DNA of 64,000 nt from an uncultured Lentisphaerales bacterium (GTDB taxonomy: Bacteria > Verrucomicrobiota > Lentisphaeria > JABSQK01 > UBA12247): assembly GCA_943788985.1 (NCBI GenBank), contig CALSSJ010000017.1, positions 64,001 through 128,000 on the forward strand, given 5' to 3'. A program made the position numbers and the translations under genes. Every line of letters begins with the position of its first letter. The stretch's first letter is position 1. Positions 11,604 to 22,529 of the stretch are shown here, piece after piece. Under the pieces are notes generated by a model that saw only the letters and a program-made list of their open reading frames with translations, made no database searches and was not told the origin of the DNA.

Positions 11604-12620
11604 ATGTATTTTGGGCGAGTACTGATTTTTCTGGCAGTGCTGGGAATGAGCCTGCCGACCGAAGCACGGCAGCGGATCAAAGTCAGCCCGGTGAAGGTCA
11701 CAGACCTCTACGGCCACACGATCCTGTATCAAGACCTGCTCGACGGCGAAAACCCCATCCTGCTGGTATTTTTAGACGCCGAGTCGCTCCTGTCCCATCA
11801 GCAGGTAGAGATTGTACGCGCGTCAGCCGAGTTGTTACAGGCAAGATATGGGCTGCATACCGTGCTGCTCTCGAACGGAAACTCCCCAGAGACCCGCGAT
11901 CTGGCCATGCGGAAGAAGTGGAATTTCCCCACCTTCTGCATCTCCGACAGCCGGCTCAAGGCCATGTACGACGTCTTCGAGTACCCTACCATGGTGCTAT
12001 TGAATCACCGGCGTCAGATGATCTGGCGGTACTCTGGTCTCAATGGCGACCGCAAGCCGCTCTGGGAGCGCTGCGCCCGGCAGTTGCGCGAGTTCGACCC
12101 CCAGCTGTACCCGGCAGGTCGCGCCTTCTCCCGCAAAGTGGACTTCCTCACCCTCTATGGCATCGTCGGCCGCACCTCAGACCAGGCAATCCGCGTCCTA
12201 GGAACCCCGCGCCACGTCGATCGCTTCACCTCACTCGGCCGCGCTGAAGCGGTCTACTACTACGGCGGTGATGAGCGCAAAGAAACCTTGCGCAATGGTC
12301 TCTCCGTACGGATTCAGGATGGGAAAATTAGCACCATTCAGTACCGCCCCGGCTACACCGGCGTGTTGTTCGGTGCCGTTCGGATGGGCGCCAGCCTCGA
12401 GGCCGTAGAGCAAGTGCTGGGCGAGCCGCGCATGCTCGTGCAGGACGGATCATTCGGCGACCGCGAAGTGGCTCAGCCCATGTATGTCTATCGCGAGTGG
12501 GGCATCACCACGGAATACGCCGCGCAAGGCCACCGGCCGCTGATGCAGCTCACGATCTCTGGCCCAATGCTCGATTTCGGCGCCGTGCGTGCCGCACTCA
12601 AGAGTGCCAACAAGCACTGA
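11604..12620 (+). CDS. Secreted redoxin/TlpA-like fold protein lacking CxxC, with a C-terminal repeat domain
   Basis: Signal peptide; VTDLYGHTI, PILLVF, YDVFEYPTMVLLN and IWRYSG; GAGG RBS. Confidence 0.6.
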   Translation: MYFGRVLIFLAVLGMSLPTEARQRIKVSPVKVTDLYGHTILYQDLLDGENPILLVFLDAESLLSHQQVEIVRASAELLQARYGLHTVLLSNGNSPETRDLAMRKKWNFPTFCISDSRLKAMYDVFEYPTMVLLNHRRQMIWRYSGLNGDRKPLWERCARQLREFDPQLYPAGRAFSRKVDFLTLYGIVGRTSDQAIRVLGTPRHVDRFTSLGRAEAVYYYGGDERKETLRNGLSVRIQDGKISTIQYRPGYTGVLFGAVRMGASLEAVEQVLGEPRMLVQDGSFGDREVAQPMYVYREWGITTEYAAQGHRPLMQLTISGPMLDFGAVRAALKSANKH

Positions 12621-12629
12621 CCGCGCGCC

Positions 12630-13395
12630 ATGAGAGTCGGCTACTGGCACGCCCTTAAAGATAGCGGCATTCAGTGCGACCTCATGCGTGCCTACAAGCT
12701 CAAAGACAGCCAGCGAGGCATGTGTTTTGTGCGTCGGCGCGAAGCTGGCTCCATGGCCCCCAACAAACTACGGTCGCTCCAGTTGATTCGGTATCGCCCC
12801 GATCAAAAAGAATCTGCTCAACCACTTCTATCCCGGCTCGCCCGACCTCTCTGTCGACATTGCTGGCTGCAATCTCGCCTGCAAGTTCTGCCAGAACTGG
12901 TGCATCTCCACTTCCCGCAAGATGGACACAGTTGCGGACTCCGCCCACCCCGGAAGCGATTGCGAACTCCGCAATCCGCAACGGTTTCCGCAGCGTCGCC
13001 TACACCAACAATGATCCCGTCATCTTCCTCGAGTATACTGCGGACATCGCGCGTGCTTGCCGGAACCATGGGGTTGCCAATGTCGCAGTCACCGCCGGCT
13101 ACATCGAGCCTGCCGCCTAGGACGCATTTTTCAGCGGCATGGGCGTCGCAAACATAGGTTTTAAGGCATTTACTGACGACTTCTACCACAAGATCTGCGC
13201 AGAGCACCTGCAGCCCGTCCTCGACATGCTGCGCTACATTCGCCACGAGACCGGTGTCTGGCTCGAACTCACTACGCTGCTGGTTGCCGCAGCCAACGAC
13301 AGTGCAGATGAGTTGACCGCCATGTGCGACTGGACCGTGCGCGAACTGGGAACTGACCGACATCGGGGTCCCATCGGCGAAATTCGGCCGAGAAA
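12630..13395 (+). pseudogene. AmmeMemoRadiSam system radical SAM enzyme (AmrS-like) remnant
   Basis: IQCDL, QRGMCFVR, NHFYPG, GCNLACKFCQNW, VAYT and FKAFTDDFY. In-frame TGA at 12784, further stops or shifts, truncated next to the tRNA. Confidence 0.82.
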
Positions 13396-13397
13396 AC

Positions 13398-13474
13398 TGG
13401 TGGGCGATGACGGACTCGAACCGCCGACCTATTGGGTGTAAACCAACCGCTCTAACCAACTGAGCTAATCGCCC
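13398..13474 (-). tRNA. tRNA-Val (TAC)
   Basis: Reverse complement is GGGCGATTAGCTCAGTTGGTTAGAGCGGTTGGTTTACACCCAATAGGTCGGCGGTTCGAGTCCGTCATCGCCCACCA: cloverleaf, TAC anticodon, TTCGA T-loop, encoded CCA. Confidence 0.97.
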
Positions 13475-13615
13475 CACGCAGTGAAGTGGGTACTGATATC
13501 GCCGTTCCCCCGCGCGGTCAATCAGGCATGGTAGATTTTCCTAATCAGCGCATCTTCGTCATCGACGCGGAACGCAGCAGTTTGGCAAGATTCGGAGTGC
13601 AGATACAAGAGGTCA

Positions 13616-14847
13616 TTGATCGTGGTTGTCACACTTGAATTAATTCGTCAGGCCCAAGAAACGCTGACTGGGCAGATCGTGCGCACCCCGCTCCCGCACT
13701 CCCGGACGCTGTCCACCAGTAGCGGTACACAGGTCTGGATCAAGTTTGAGAATCTGCAGTTTACCGCCAGCTTCAAAGAGCGCAGCGCACGAAACCGCCT
13801 GAGCCCGCTAAGCGCTGATGAACGCCGCCGCGGCGTAATTGCGATGTCCGCAGGTAACCATGCCCAAGGCGTGGTTTGTCAAGGAAAGTAACTCGAGGTC
13901 CCGACCACCATCGGGATGCCACACGGCACGCCGTTTACCAGGGTCGAGCACACGCGTCAGCACGGTGTCGAGGTCATCCTTGAGGGCGCGACTCTAATTG
14001 CGGCTGCCGAGCGCGCTCGGGCAATCTGCCACGTGCAGAAGCTCACCTTTATCCCTCTCTACGACGACGATGCGATTATGGCTGGCCAAGGCACGATTGG
14101 GCCTGGAGGTGCTTGAGGACGGCGGGCACTTTGATACTGTCTTGGTCCCGGTGGGTGGCGGCGGGCTGATTGGCGGGATTGCGGTCGCAGTGAAAAGCCT
14201 GGCACCAGCCACACGCATTGTTGGCGTCGAAGCTGCGCGCTACCCGGGCATGACGAACGCGCTTCGCGGGGCCGAGCCAGCTCCTGCAGCGACCGGGACC
14301 CATTACCATTGCCGAAGGCATCGCGGTCAAAGAGCCCGGCGTCCGCAATCTCCAAATTGCGCGCGATCTGATCGACGACATGGTGCTGGTGGACGAAGAG
14401 CACTTGGAGCGAGCCATCACATTATTGGCGGACGTCGAGAAGACTGTCGCCGAAGGTGCTGGCGCCGCAGCGCTCGCAGCCTTACTCGCGCATCCGCAGA
14501 GGTTCGCCGGCCAGCGGGTTGCATTGGTGCTCTCTGGCGGTAACATCGACACCCGCCTATTTGCCAACGTCCTGACCCGTTCGCTTGTACGTGAACAACG
14601 CCTGACTCGGATCCGCATCGTCGGCGACGACCGTCCCGGCATCCTCGCCCAGGTCGCCCGCGTCCTAGGCGACAACGACGCGAATATCATCGAAGTCCGG
14701 CATGACCGCATGTCCCTTGACATCCCAGCCAAAGGCTCAGAATTTGATATTCTGATCGAAACCCGCGACAGTCAGCACACCAACCAAGTGAACGCGGCCC
14801 TCGGCGTTGCCGGCTTTCTGCGGCGCCCGGTGCCCGGTGATGCATAG
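13616..14847 (+). pseudogene. Threonine ammonia-lyase (TdcB/IlvA type, ACT domain), disrupted
   Basis: [45 protein letters not shown] and an ACT domain (DRPG). In-frame TAA at 13889 plus frameshifts. Confidence 0.85.
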
Positions 14848-15193
14848 GTCGAGGTGGACGATCCTTGCCACTCTGTGAGCGACTTCCCGTGCCAAGGGAC
14901 TTTTTGAGGAATGTCGATAGAAACGGCTGGTTTTCTTGTGGTAGTGTACCTACCATAATCATCGCAACGGGCTTTCTTGTGGTGTAAGACAATCAGGCTG
15001 CGGCGTCCGCACATAACGAAGAGATAGCGACGATGAAAACATGCCCCGGCTGGCCTGCCAACTACACGCTCGGCCCAGTTAGACACGAACTTCGTCATGA
15101 CGATTGTGCCAAGGAGCTTGAAGTGCACTACAACATGGCGTCTTGCGCTCAACGGCAAGCCAGTAAGCCAAAAGAGGAGCTGTTCACTACTGG

Positions 15194-16345
15194 ATGAACA
15201 ACAAAGATTTAGCCCCATATAGTTTGATTGATCTCTTCTGCGGCTGCGGCGGTATGACTTCCGGCTTTATTCAGACCGGTATGTTCCGATCAGTCTGGGC
15301 CAATGACTTCAACAGCGACGCGATTCGTTCCTATCGAGCCAACTTCGACCCGAATGGTGAGCACACTACCCCTGGGGACATCATTCAAGTCCTAGAAGCA
15401 CAACGGGACAGTCTGCCGAAGGCCGACGTAGTAATCGGAGGCCCCCCTTGTCAAGGTTTCTCTTTGCTGAACAAGCAACGGCAGGGCGACAAGAGACGAA
15501 CACTCTGGTACCAGTTCCTGCAGGTTGCGCAGCAAGCTGACGCGCGCGTGATTGTGATGGAGAATGTTCAACAGTTACTAACTTCGCCGGAATTCGAGCA
15601 AGTTCGCGAGACGCTGGTCGAGATGGGATTTAACAGTATCGTCGCCAACGTCGTTAACACCGCAAACTACGGCGTAGCTCAGCAACGTCGGCGAGCGATC
15701 ATCATGGCGTCTCGGGACGGTTGGATTTCGATGCCAGCCAGAACACACCATGACCTCGGTGGGAGAGACGAGCAACGGTTATTTACCGAGCTGGAGCCGT
15801 GGCGAGACGTCCGTTCTGCAATCGGCGATCTTCCAGCTCCCGAAGGGACGGAGATTCGTGAAGTGCCAGCTCCGCTGGATCTTCATTTCGGCCGCAACCC
15901 GACTGCGATCAGCCGTGAGCGATATCGAGCCGTTCCACCTGGCGGGAACCGTTTCGACCTGCTGACGAACCGCCCTGACCTGACGCCCGACTGCTGGAAA
16001 CGCAAGAAATCCGGTGGAACCGATCTATTTGGCCGACTTTGGTGGGACCGCCCTTCGGTAACAATCCGGACGGAATTTTTCAAACCTGAGAAAGGGCGAT
16101 ACCTTCATCCGGAAGCGCATCGGCCGATTACTCACAGAGAGGCATCGCGGATCCAAAGTTTCCCTGACGATTTTATCTTCTGCGGCTCCAAGATCGAGAT
16201 AGCTCGTCAGATTGGCAACGCAGTTCCGCCCCTACTGGCCAGAGCCATTGCCGAATCCGTGGTTCACGCACTCGATGGTTCAACCACAGAATTGACGATG
16301 ATGGAGTGTGAAGCAATGTACAGAACTGAGCCTACATATGCGTGA
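15194..16345 (+). CDS. DNA (cytosine-5)-methyltransferase
   Basis: Motifs I (DLFCGCGG), IV (GGPPCQGFS), VI (MENV), VIII (QQRRR), IX (REASRIQSFPD) and X (RQIGNAVPP). Confidence 0.96.
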   Translation: MNNKDLAPYSLIDLFCGCGGMTSGFIQTGMFRSVWANDFNSDAIRSYRANFDPNGEHTTPGDIIQVLEAQRDSLPKADVVIGGPPCQGFSLLNKQRQGDKRRTLWYQFLQVAQQADARVIVMENVQQLLTSPEFEQVRETLVEMGFNSIVANVVNTANYGVAQQRRRAIIMASRDGWISMPARTHHDLGGRDEQRLFTELEPWRDVRSAIGDLPAPEGTEIREVPAPLDLHFGRNPTAISRERYRAVPPGGNRFDLLTNRPDLTPDCWKRKKSGGTDLFGRLWWDRPSVTIRTEFFKPEKGRYLHPEAHRPITHREASRIQSFPDDFIFCGSKIEIARQIGNAVPPLLARAIAESVVHALDGSTTELTMMECEAMYRTEPTYA

Positions 16346-17275
16346 GATTAGTGCTGTTCAGGCGAGAGATAAGCTGGTTGTACTCCTTGAGGCTTTCGAC
16401 GCGCGCCCGGGCCGGGACTTGCGCTGTCGCGTGTTGGATTTGGTGCCAATCGTCGATTACGTAGGCGAGCTAGGAAAGGTCCTACTGCCAGCAGAGCTAG
16501 GCCGCGCTGGCAAGAAGCGCCTCCTTTACTATTTTCAGCAATACCCCCGCATGATTCTGGACCGCAAGGAGCTGCGGATTGTGGCTGGCATCGACGATTG
16601 GGCCCGACGAGTTCGCGAACTCCGCAAGGAGGAGGGCTGGCACGTAGCAGTGGTGAGGCCATCAAGGAGATGTTGAGCGACGCCGAGTTTGAAGCAGGCG
16701 ATGATCTCCCGACTATCGCGGAACTGCAGGCAATGAATCGAGATTCGTACATTTTGCTAAGCGAAGAACAGGATCGCGATGCCGCGCACCGTTGGCACTT
16801 GGCGAACAGCATCCGCAAGGAACGTGGAGGGGCCAAGAGCAAAATTTTGCGTTTCTTGCAGGAGAACCTCGGTACGCCAGTGTCGACCGAAGAGCTCCGC
16901 TATGTCGCTGGCGGCAAGTCAGAGTGGGGGCGCCGAACGCGCGAACTTCGCACCGAAGACGGCTGGCAAGTCGCAACGAAGGCAAATGGGCGACCAGATT
17001 TACAGATCGGCCTTTACGTCCTGCAAAGCTTGCAACAGCTGCCAGTTCACGATCGCAAGATTCAGGAGTCAGTTCGCCGTGAGGCGATGATGCGGGACCA
17101 GCACACTTGCCAGGAATGCGGCTGGAATCATCGGCTGCAGAACCCGTCAGACACGAGGCATTTGGAACTTCATCACGAGGAGCATCACGTCGACGGAGGC
17201 GAGAATGTACTAGAGAACCTGACAACGCTCTGCAACATCTGCCACGACGTTTGCCATTCGCGCAAGGGCAAGTAG
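16338..17275 (+). CDS. HNH endonuclease with duplicated N-terminal module (candidate restriction endonuclease), one frameshift near 16645
   Basis: Overlaps the MTase stop. Repeated WARRVRELRKEEGW / WGRRTRELRTEDGW. C-terminal CQECG...LELHH...GGENVLENLTTLCNICH. Confidence 0.85.
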
Positions 17276-17369
17276 CGATTGTCTTGGGGCAAGAGTTCCA
17301 GTGAGCGCCCTTGCGCATTCTTGGGTCCCACACCCGACGACGCGCTGCCGCCAGCGATAAGACAGAGGC

Positions 17370-18625
17370 ATGTCAAGAGGTACGCATTTAATGGAAGAGG
17401 CCAAACAGCCGTGCCCTAAGCGCAGGTTTCGAGCGCGCTTGTTTGCCGGGGTTGGTTTGCTCTTGCTAGCCGTCTATAGCTTGCTCTGGGGAGCGGCAAG
17501 CCTTTGGCTACACGGCGTCCAACGACAGATCGCCAGCACCGGGCTCGCCTTGACGGCTGCCGATGTCATCCCTGTGCCACCGCCGGACGAGGAGAACCCT
17601 GCCGTCACGCTGGAAAAGGCGTACGCCTTGTTGCGCCCCTCGCCTGACGATGGCCTGCTCGGCGAAATCTTGGAACTCGCCAAGAACCAGCGGGAAGGCA
17701 AGGGGACGCCGGAGGACTGGACAACTTTATGCGGGCACTTGGAACAACCGCGCGTGAAGCAGGCCATCGCTCTGATGCTTACTGCTGGCTCTTTTGACGC
17801 ACACGTGCCAAAGCTCGACTATGTGGGGCCCAATACCCAATTGCCTCACCTGGCACGAATTCGGGCCTATTGCTTCTTGCTTTCGGCGGAGGCCCTTCGG
17901 TTGGCCAAGGCAGAACCAATGCGAGCAAGCCTGGGATACTGTTTCCGCTGCACTTTGCGTTGCGAAGGGCCTGGATTTCGAGCCATTTGCGATCAGCCAG
18001 CTTGTCCGCCTAGCCTGCATTAACATCGTCTGCGATCAGCTGGATGCCATCGCCGCTTACGGCGTGCCCCAAGAAGGCCTGGAAGACATTCATTTCCTGC
18101 TCGCTCCAGATGCGACTCCATTCCGTGACGCAATCGATGGAGAACGAGTCTTAATAGTGCGCTGGGTCTATCAAAATATCCCGTCGCGATACGGCGACGG
18201 ATCGCTTCCCAACCGGGCAGCTCATTTTCTTGGCAACCCCATACTACCGACTCAGCCAGGCTCAGGCTGAACGTTATGCCTCCCGCTTCACATCACCGCA
18301 ACGCAGTACTTGGCCCAAAGAACCGAGTCGGCTATGGCCCAAGCCAATTCCCATCCTCAACCATGGAAAGTTCTGGGATCGCGTCTATTACCAGAACAGA
18401 CGGACGACTCTCACACGAGCCGGTTTGTATGCGCTTTTCTATTTCCAAGAGAGCGGTAAGTGGCCTACCCTGAACGAGTTGGAAGCAGATTTCCCAGCGT
18501 GTGCACATTTTGACTTTACCTACGAGCCTGGATTTGGGCTGTGGCTTGAAGGCGAGCCCCGACCAGATCCTCAGTATGATCCTGCGACCAGACAAAGCAT
18601 CCGCTTTCTATTTGCACGGCCCTGA
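17370..18625 (+). CDS. Hypothetical membrane-anchored protein (two frameshifts)
   Basis: N-terminal TM helix, PDEENPA and LPHLARIR. Three ORF pieces join after removing extra bases at ~17909 and ~18237. Confidence 0.6.
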
Positions 18626-18933
18626 TGCCGGCTGCCCTTTTTAAAATGGCATCATTGCAGAGCAGGCACTATTTCAGCGCCTATCCCCTATTCCGCCTGA
18701 CTCTCTGTCAGCGACTTGCGGCGCAGCTGGTCTTGCTGCTCATGCGCCGCCCTGTCGGCTTCTTGGCGGGAGCGTTCTTCTTGCTCGCGCCGCATCGCGT
18801 TCTTCAGCTGACGCGATAAGACGACGGATTCTGTACGGAGAGACGTCTTGGGGCGCCGGGTGGAGGTGATGCATGGCGAAATAGCTGGCACGCAACCTGC
18901 TCAGGGTGAGTCACTTGTAATGAGGAGAGACAC

Positions 18934-20058
18934 ATGAATATCGACATTGACTTTAATCAAGCGCCGTTGCTACTAATCTGGGGAAGTAACCCGCGCCTGT
19001 GAGCTAGCCTGCCAGCACTGTCGCGCCTCGGCGATCAACTGCCGAGATAGCATGGAGCTGACGCTGGAAGAGGGAAAAACCTTGCTGGACCAAACTGCAG
19101 CGATGGGCACATCACTGGTGGTGTTCACGGGGGGGGGGATCCGCTTCAACGCGATGACCTTGAAGATCTAATCCGCTATGGAAAGAAGATCGGCCTGCGG
19201 ATCGCGACGATCCCCGCCACGACCGACCGTGTCACGCCAGAGCGCGTGCAAAGCCTGAAAGACGCCGGTCTTGACCAGATGGCGATCAGCATCGATGCCA
19301 GCAACGCCGCAGACCATGATTCGTTTCGTCGCGTCCCGGGGTCGTTCGACATTGCCATGAAGGCGGCGAAATACGCCCGAGATATCGATCTTCCGCTGCA
19401 GGTCAACACCGTATTCTGCAAGTGGAATGCTGACCAGTTTGCGGACCTCGCAACGATGGTTCAGGATCTGGGGGTGGCGTTCTGGGAGGTGTTCTTTCTG
19501 GTGCCGACTGGCCGTGGTGAAAGCTTGGAAGGCTGCACGCTCGATCCAGTACCGTGAGCTGTTCGACCAATTACACGAGCTGTCAGAGCGCGTTGATTTT
19601 ATCGTCAAAGTCACGGAGGCTCCGCAATATCGCAGGTACGTGCAATGGAAGAGTGAGCAAGGCCAGGGCAATGCCGAGGCCGATACCGTGCAGAAACAAG
19701 TACCAGGGCTGCGGGTGTCACGCGCAGGCCTTAACTCCGATCAAGGATTCGGCTTCGTGGACTACTTGGGCAATACCTATCCCAGCGGCCTTCTTAACTT
19801 GGTGGCGGGCGAGGTAGGCGCCCGGACTATTGTCGACATCTATCGTGACTCGTCATTGTTCCGGCTGCTGCGCATCCTACGCAGTTGATGGGTGCGTGCC
19901 ACTGGTGCGAGTACAACGAGCTGTGCGGCGGCTCCCGCGCCCGAGCACGGGCGCTGACCAGCGACTACATGGCCGCCGAGCCGCATTGTGTGCTCGGCGA
20001 GGAAGTCATGAACCGGCACTTGCGCGACCTGGCAGAGAAGGAGAAAGCTATGAGCTGA
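18934..20058 (+). CDS. Radical SAM/SPASM protein (TIGR04053, NirJ/AhbD-like), several frameshifts
   Basis: GAGGAG RBS; WEVTRACELACQHCRA, FTGGDP, ISID, FFLVPTGRG, TEAPQYRR and SPASM CHWCEYNELCGGSRARA. Confidence 0.8.
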
Positions 20059-20152
20059 AACGAGCCCCTCGCTCCTAGTGACGGCAGTCATCCTTGGCGG
20101 ATCGGAGTATTGTACAACGCTGTGATCTGCCCACTCTTACGACTTGACTGCC

Positions 20153-20965
20153 ATGACGGAAAAAGCTGCACAGCTCGAGCAACTGCTCAAAGACTACGGG
20201 AGCATCGCAATCGCCTTCTCAGGCGGGGTAGATAGCACGTACCTGGCTGCGGTCGCACAGCGTGTATTGCCGGGGAAGGTGCTGCTACTGAACGCGCGCT
20301 CACCGTCCTTCCCCGCTGAAGAGGCAGAGTTTGTTGCGGAGTTCGCAAAAACTTGGGACTTGCCACTGCGGGTGGTGGAGACGCAGGAACTGGCGATCAA
20401 GCAGTATGGCGAAAACTTGCCGTCGCGCTGCTTTTTCTGCCGCACGGAGATGTACAGCCAGCTGAAGCCAATCGCCGAAGAGACGGGGATGGCGGTGCTG
20501 GCTGACGGCGCGAATATGGATGACCGCAGTGATTTTCGCCCAGGCGCGAAGGCCGCAAAAAAGTGGGGAATTCGTCACCCGCTGCAAGATGTAGAGCTGA
20601 CCAAGGACGAGATCCGAGCGTTATCGCGGGAGTTGAACCTGCCGACTTGGGATAAGCCAGCATTTGCCTGCCTAGCATCGCGCATTCCTTATGGCGAAAA
20701 AATCACAAAGTCGAAGTTGGACCGCGTCGAACGTGCGGAGATCGCACTGCGAGCACGGGGATTTCGGGTATATCGGGTACGAAGCCACGAGGACTTGGCG
20801 CGGATCGAACTGGGCCAGGACGAGCTTGGTCGTGCCTTCGGAATGCGTGAGGAGTTGGTGACGGCGATGCGGGATGTCGGCTACGCGTATGTCACGCTGG
20901 ACCTGCAGGGCTATCGATCGGGATCGATGAACGAAGTGCTGGACCTGCCCAAAGTAGAGGTTTGA
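20153..20965 (+). CDS. larE: ATP-dependent sulfur transferase LarE
   Basis: PP-loop AFSGGVDS, RCFFCR, DDRSDFRPG, ACLASRIPYG and GYRSGSMN. Confidence 0.9.
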   Translation: MTEKAAQLEQLLKDYGSIAIAFSGGVDSTYLAAVAQRVLPGKVLLLNARSPSFPAEEAEFVAEFAKTWDLPLRVVETQELAIKQYGENLPSRCFFCRTEMYSQLKPIAEETGMAVLADGANMDDRSDFRPGAKAAKKWGIRHPLQDVELTKDEIRALSRELNLPTWDKPAFACLASRIPYGEKITKSKLDRVERAEIALRARGFRVYRVRSHEDLARIELGQDELGRAFGMREELVTAMRDVGYAYVTLDLQGYRSGSMNEVLDLPKVEV

Positions 20966-20973
20966 GTGCGGGC

Positions 20974-21477
20974 ATGATCGAGGTCACGCTCATTCTGGAT
21001 CGGTTGCGGAGTGCGCACAACGTGGGCAATATTTTCCGGCTGGCCGAGCTGTGCCAAGTTCGGGAGGTCATTACCTGCGGGTATACCGCTGCTCCCCCAC
21101 ACCCCAAGCTTGCGAAGACCGCACGCGGCTGCGAAACACTGGTGAGTACCCGCCGTTGTGAGACCGCGGCGCAGGCTGTGAGTGAGGTGCAGGCCGCTGG
21201 TGTGACGGTTCTGGCAGTCGAGACCGGGCCTGGCTCTCAGCTGATTTGGGAAGCGCCGCTGACGGCACCTTGTGCCTTTGTCCTGGGGAACGAGGCGCTG
21301 GGGGTCAGCGCCGAAGTGCTCGCCTGTTGTGACGGTGTCGTGAGACTGCCAGTGTTCGGGTTTAAGAACTCCCTGAACGTCGGCAACTGTGCGGCGGTCA
21401 TCCTTTACGAGTGCATTCGCCGGTGGTCTCCGGTAGAGCCGCCACGCAACGACCAGGATCAAGAGCGAGAAGCATGA
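20974..21477 (+). CDS. TrmH/SpoU family RNA methyltransferase
   Basis: RSAHNVGNIFR, VLGNEALG and KNSLNV SPOUT motifs. Confidence 0.9.
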   Translation: MIEVTLILDRLRSAHNVGNIFRLAELCQVREVITCGYTAAPPHPKLAKTARGCETLVSTRRCETAAQAVSEVQAAGVTVLAVETGPGSQLIWEAPLTAPCAFVLGNEALGVSAEVLACCDGVVRLPVFGFKNSLNVGNCAAVILYECIRRWSPVEPPRNDQDQEREA

Positions 21478-22497
21478 ACGAAGAGCCAGTCGCGCAAGAT
21501 AAATTGCAGCCAATCAGGCGCAAGGCCACGCTCGCTACCCTCGCCATCCTAGCAGTAATGGCGATCGCTGCAGTGCTGTCTGGGCACGACGTATTCGACA
21601 CGCTTGCGCATCTGGCACAGGTGATCTTTATCGGGGCACCGATCGTACTGGTGCTTTTCGCAGCCCGCGTCCCAAGCACAAACCGCAAACAAGATCGGCT
21701 GGTGCTCACTGCGCTCGGAACGGCGGTAGTCTGCGGTGGCATCGGCTACTACGCGACGCAGGTCGAGCCGTTCTGGCTGGAAGTCACGCACACCACTCTC
21801 TCCAGCTCGAAGGTATCAAAGCCGGTGCGAATCGCCATCGTGGCCGACATTCAGACGGATCACATCGGCCCGTACGAAGCGCGCGTGTTTCAGGCAGTGG
21901 TAGAAGAAAAGCCGGACCTCATTCTGTTTGCGGGCGATAATCTCCAAGCCCCGCCAGAGAAGCGCGAGCTGCTGCTTGAGACGTTGAATCAGGCACTTCG
22001 CACGGCAAATTTCGAAACAACTCTGGGGATGGTAGCGGTCCGCGGAAATACGGACTACGCCTCCAGCTGGGAGCAGGCGTACGACGGGCTGGGCGTGCAC
22101 TGCCTGACCAATCAAGACGTCCAACTTTCTGAAGAAATTGAAGTGATGGGCCTTGGGCTACGCGAGTCCATCTTTGAGCCGCCAGCCATGCCGGAGACCA
22201 AACATTTTAGGATTATGGTCGGGCATTCGCCAGACTTCGCGCTGGCCAATCCAGATGCAGATCTGATGATCGCCGGTCACACCCATGGCGGGCAGGTCCG
22301 GCTGCCTGGATTTGGTGCCATCGTCTCGTTTTGCCGGGTGCCGCGCGATTGGCTGGCGGGCCTGCACGATGTGAACGGCAAGTGGGCTCTACGTCTCACG
22401 AGGTATCGGCATGGAGCGCGGCCATGCGCCCCGATTGCGCTTTTTCTGCCGCCCGGAACTAGCGATCATTACGCTAGAGCCAGAGCAGCCGTACTGA
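21474..22497 (+). CDS. Membrane metallophosphoesterase (YkuE/YaeI-like), one frameshift
   Basis: ADIQ, FAGD, RGN, HSPD and GHTHGGQ. The C-terminus YVSRGIG...RFFCRPE is restored by removing a G at 22384-22386. Confidence 0.85.
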
Positions 22498-22529
22498 CAT
22501 CAGATTTCCGAGACAGCCGGGGGCCCGCA

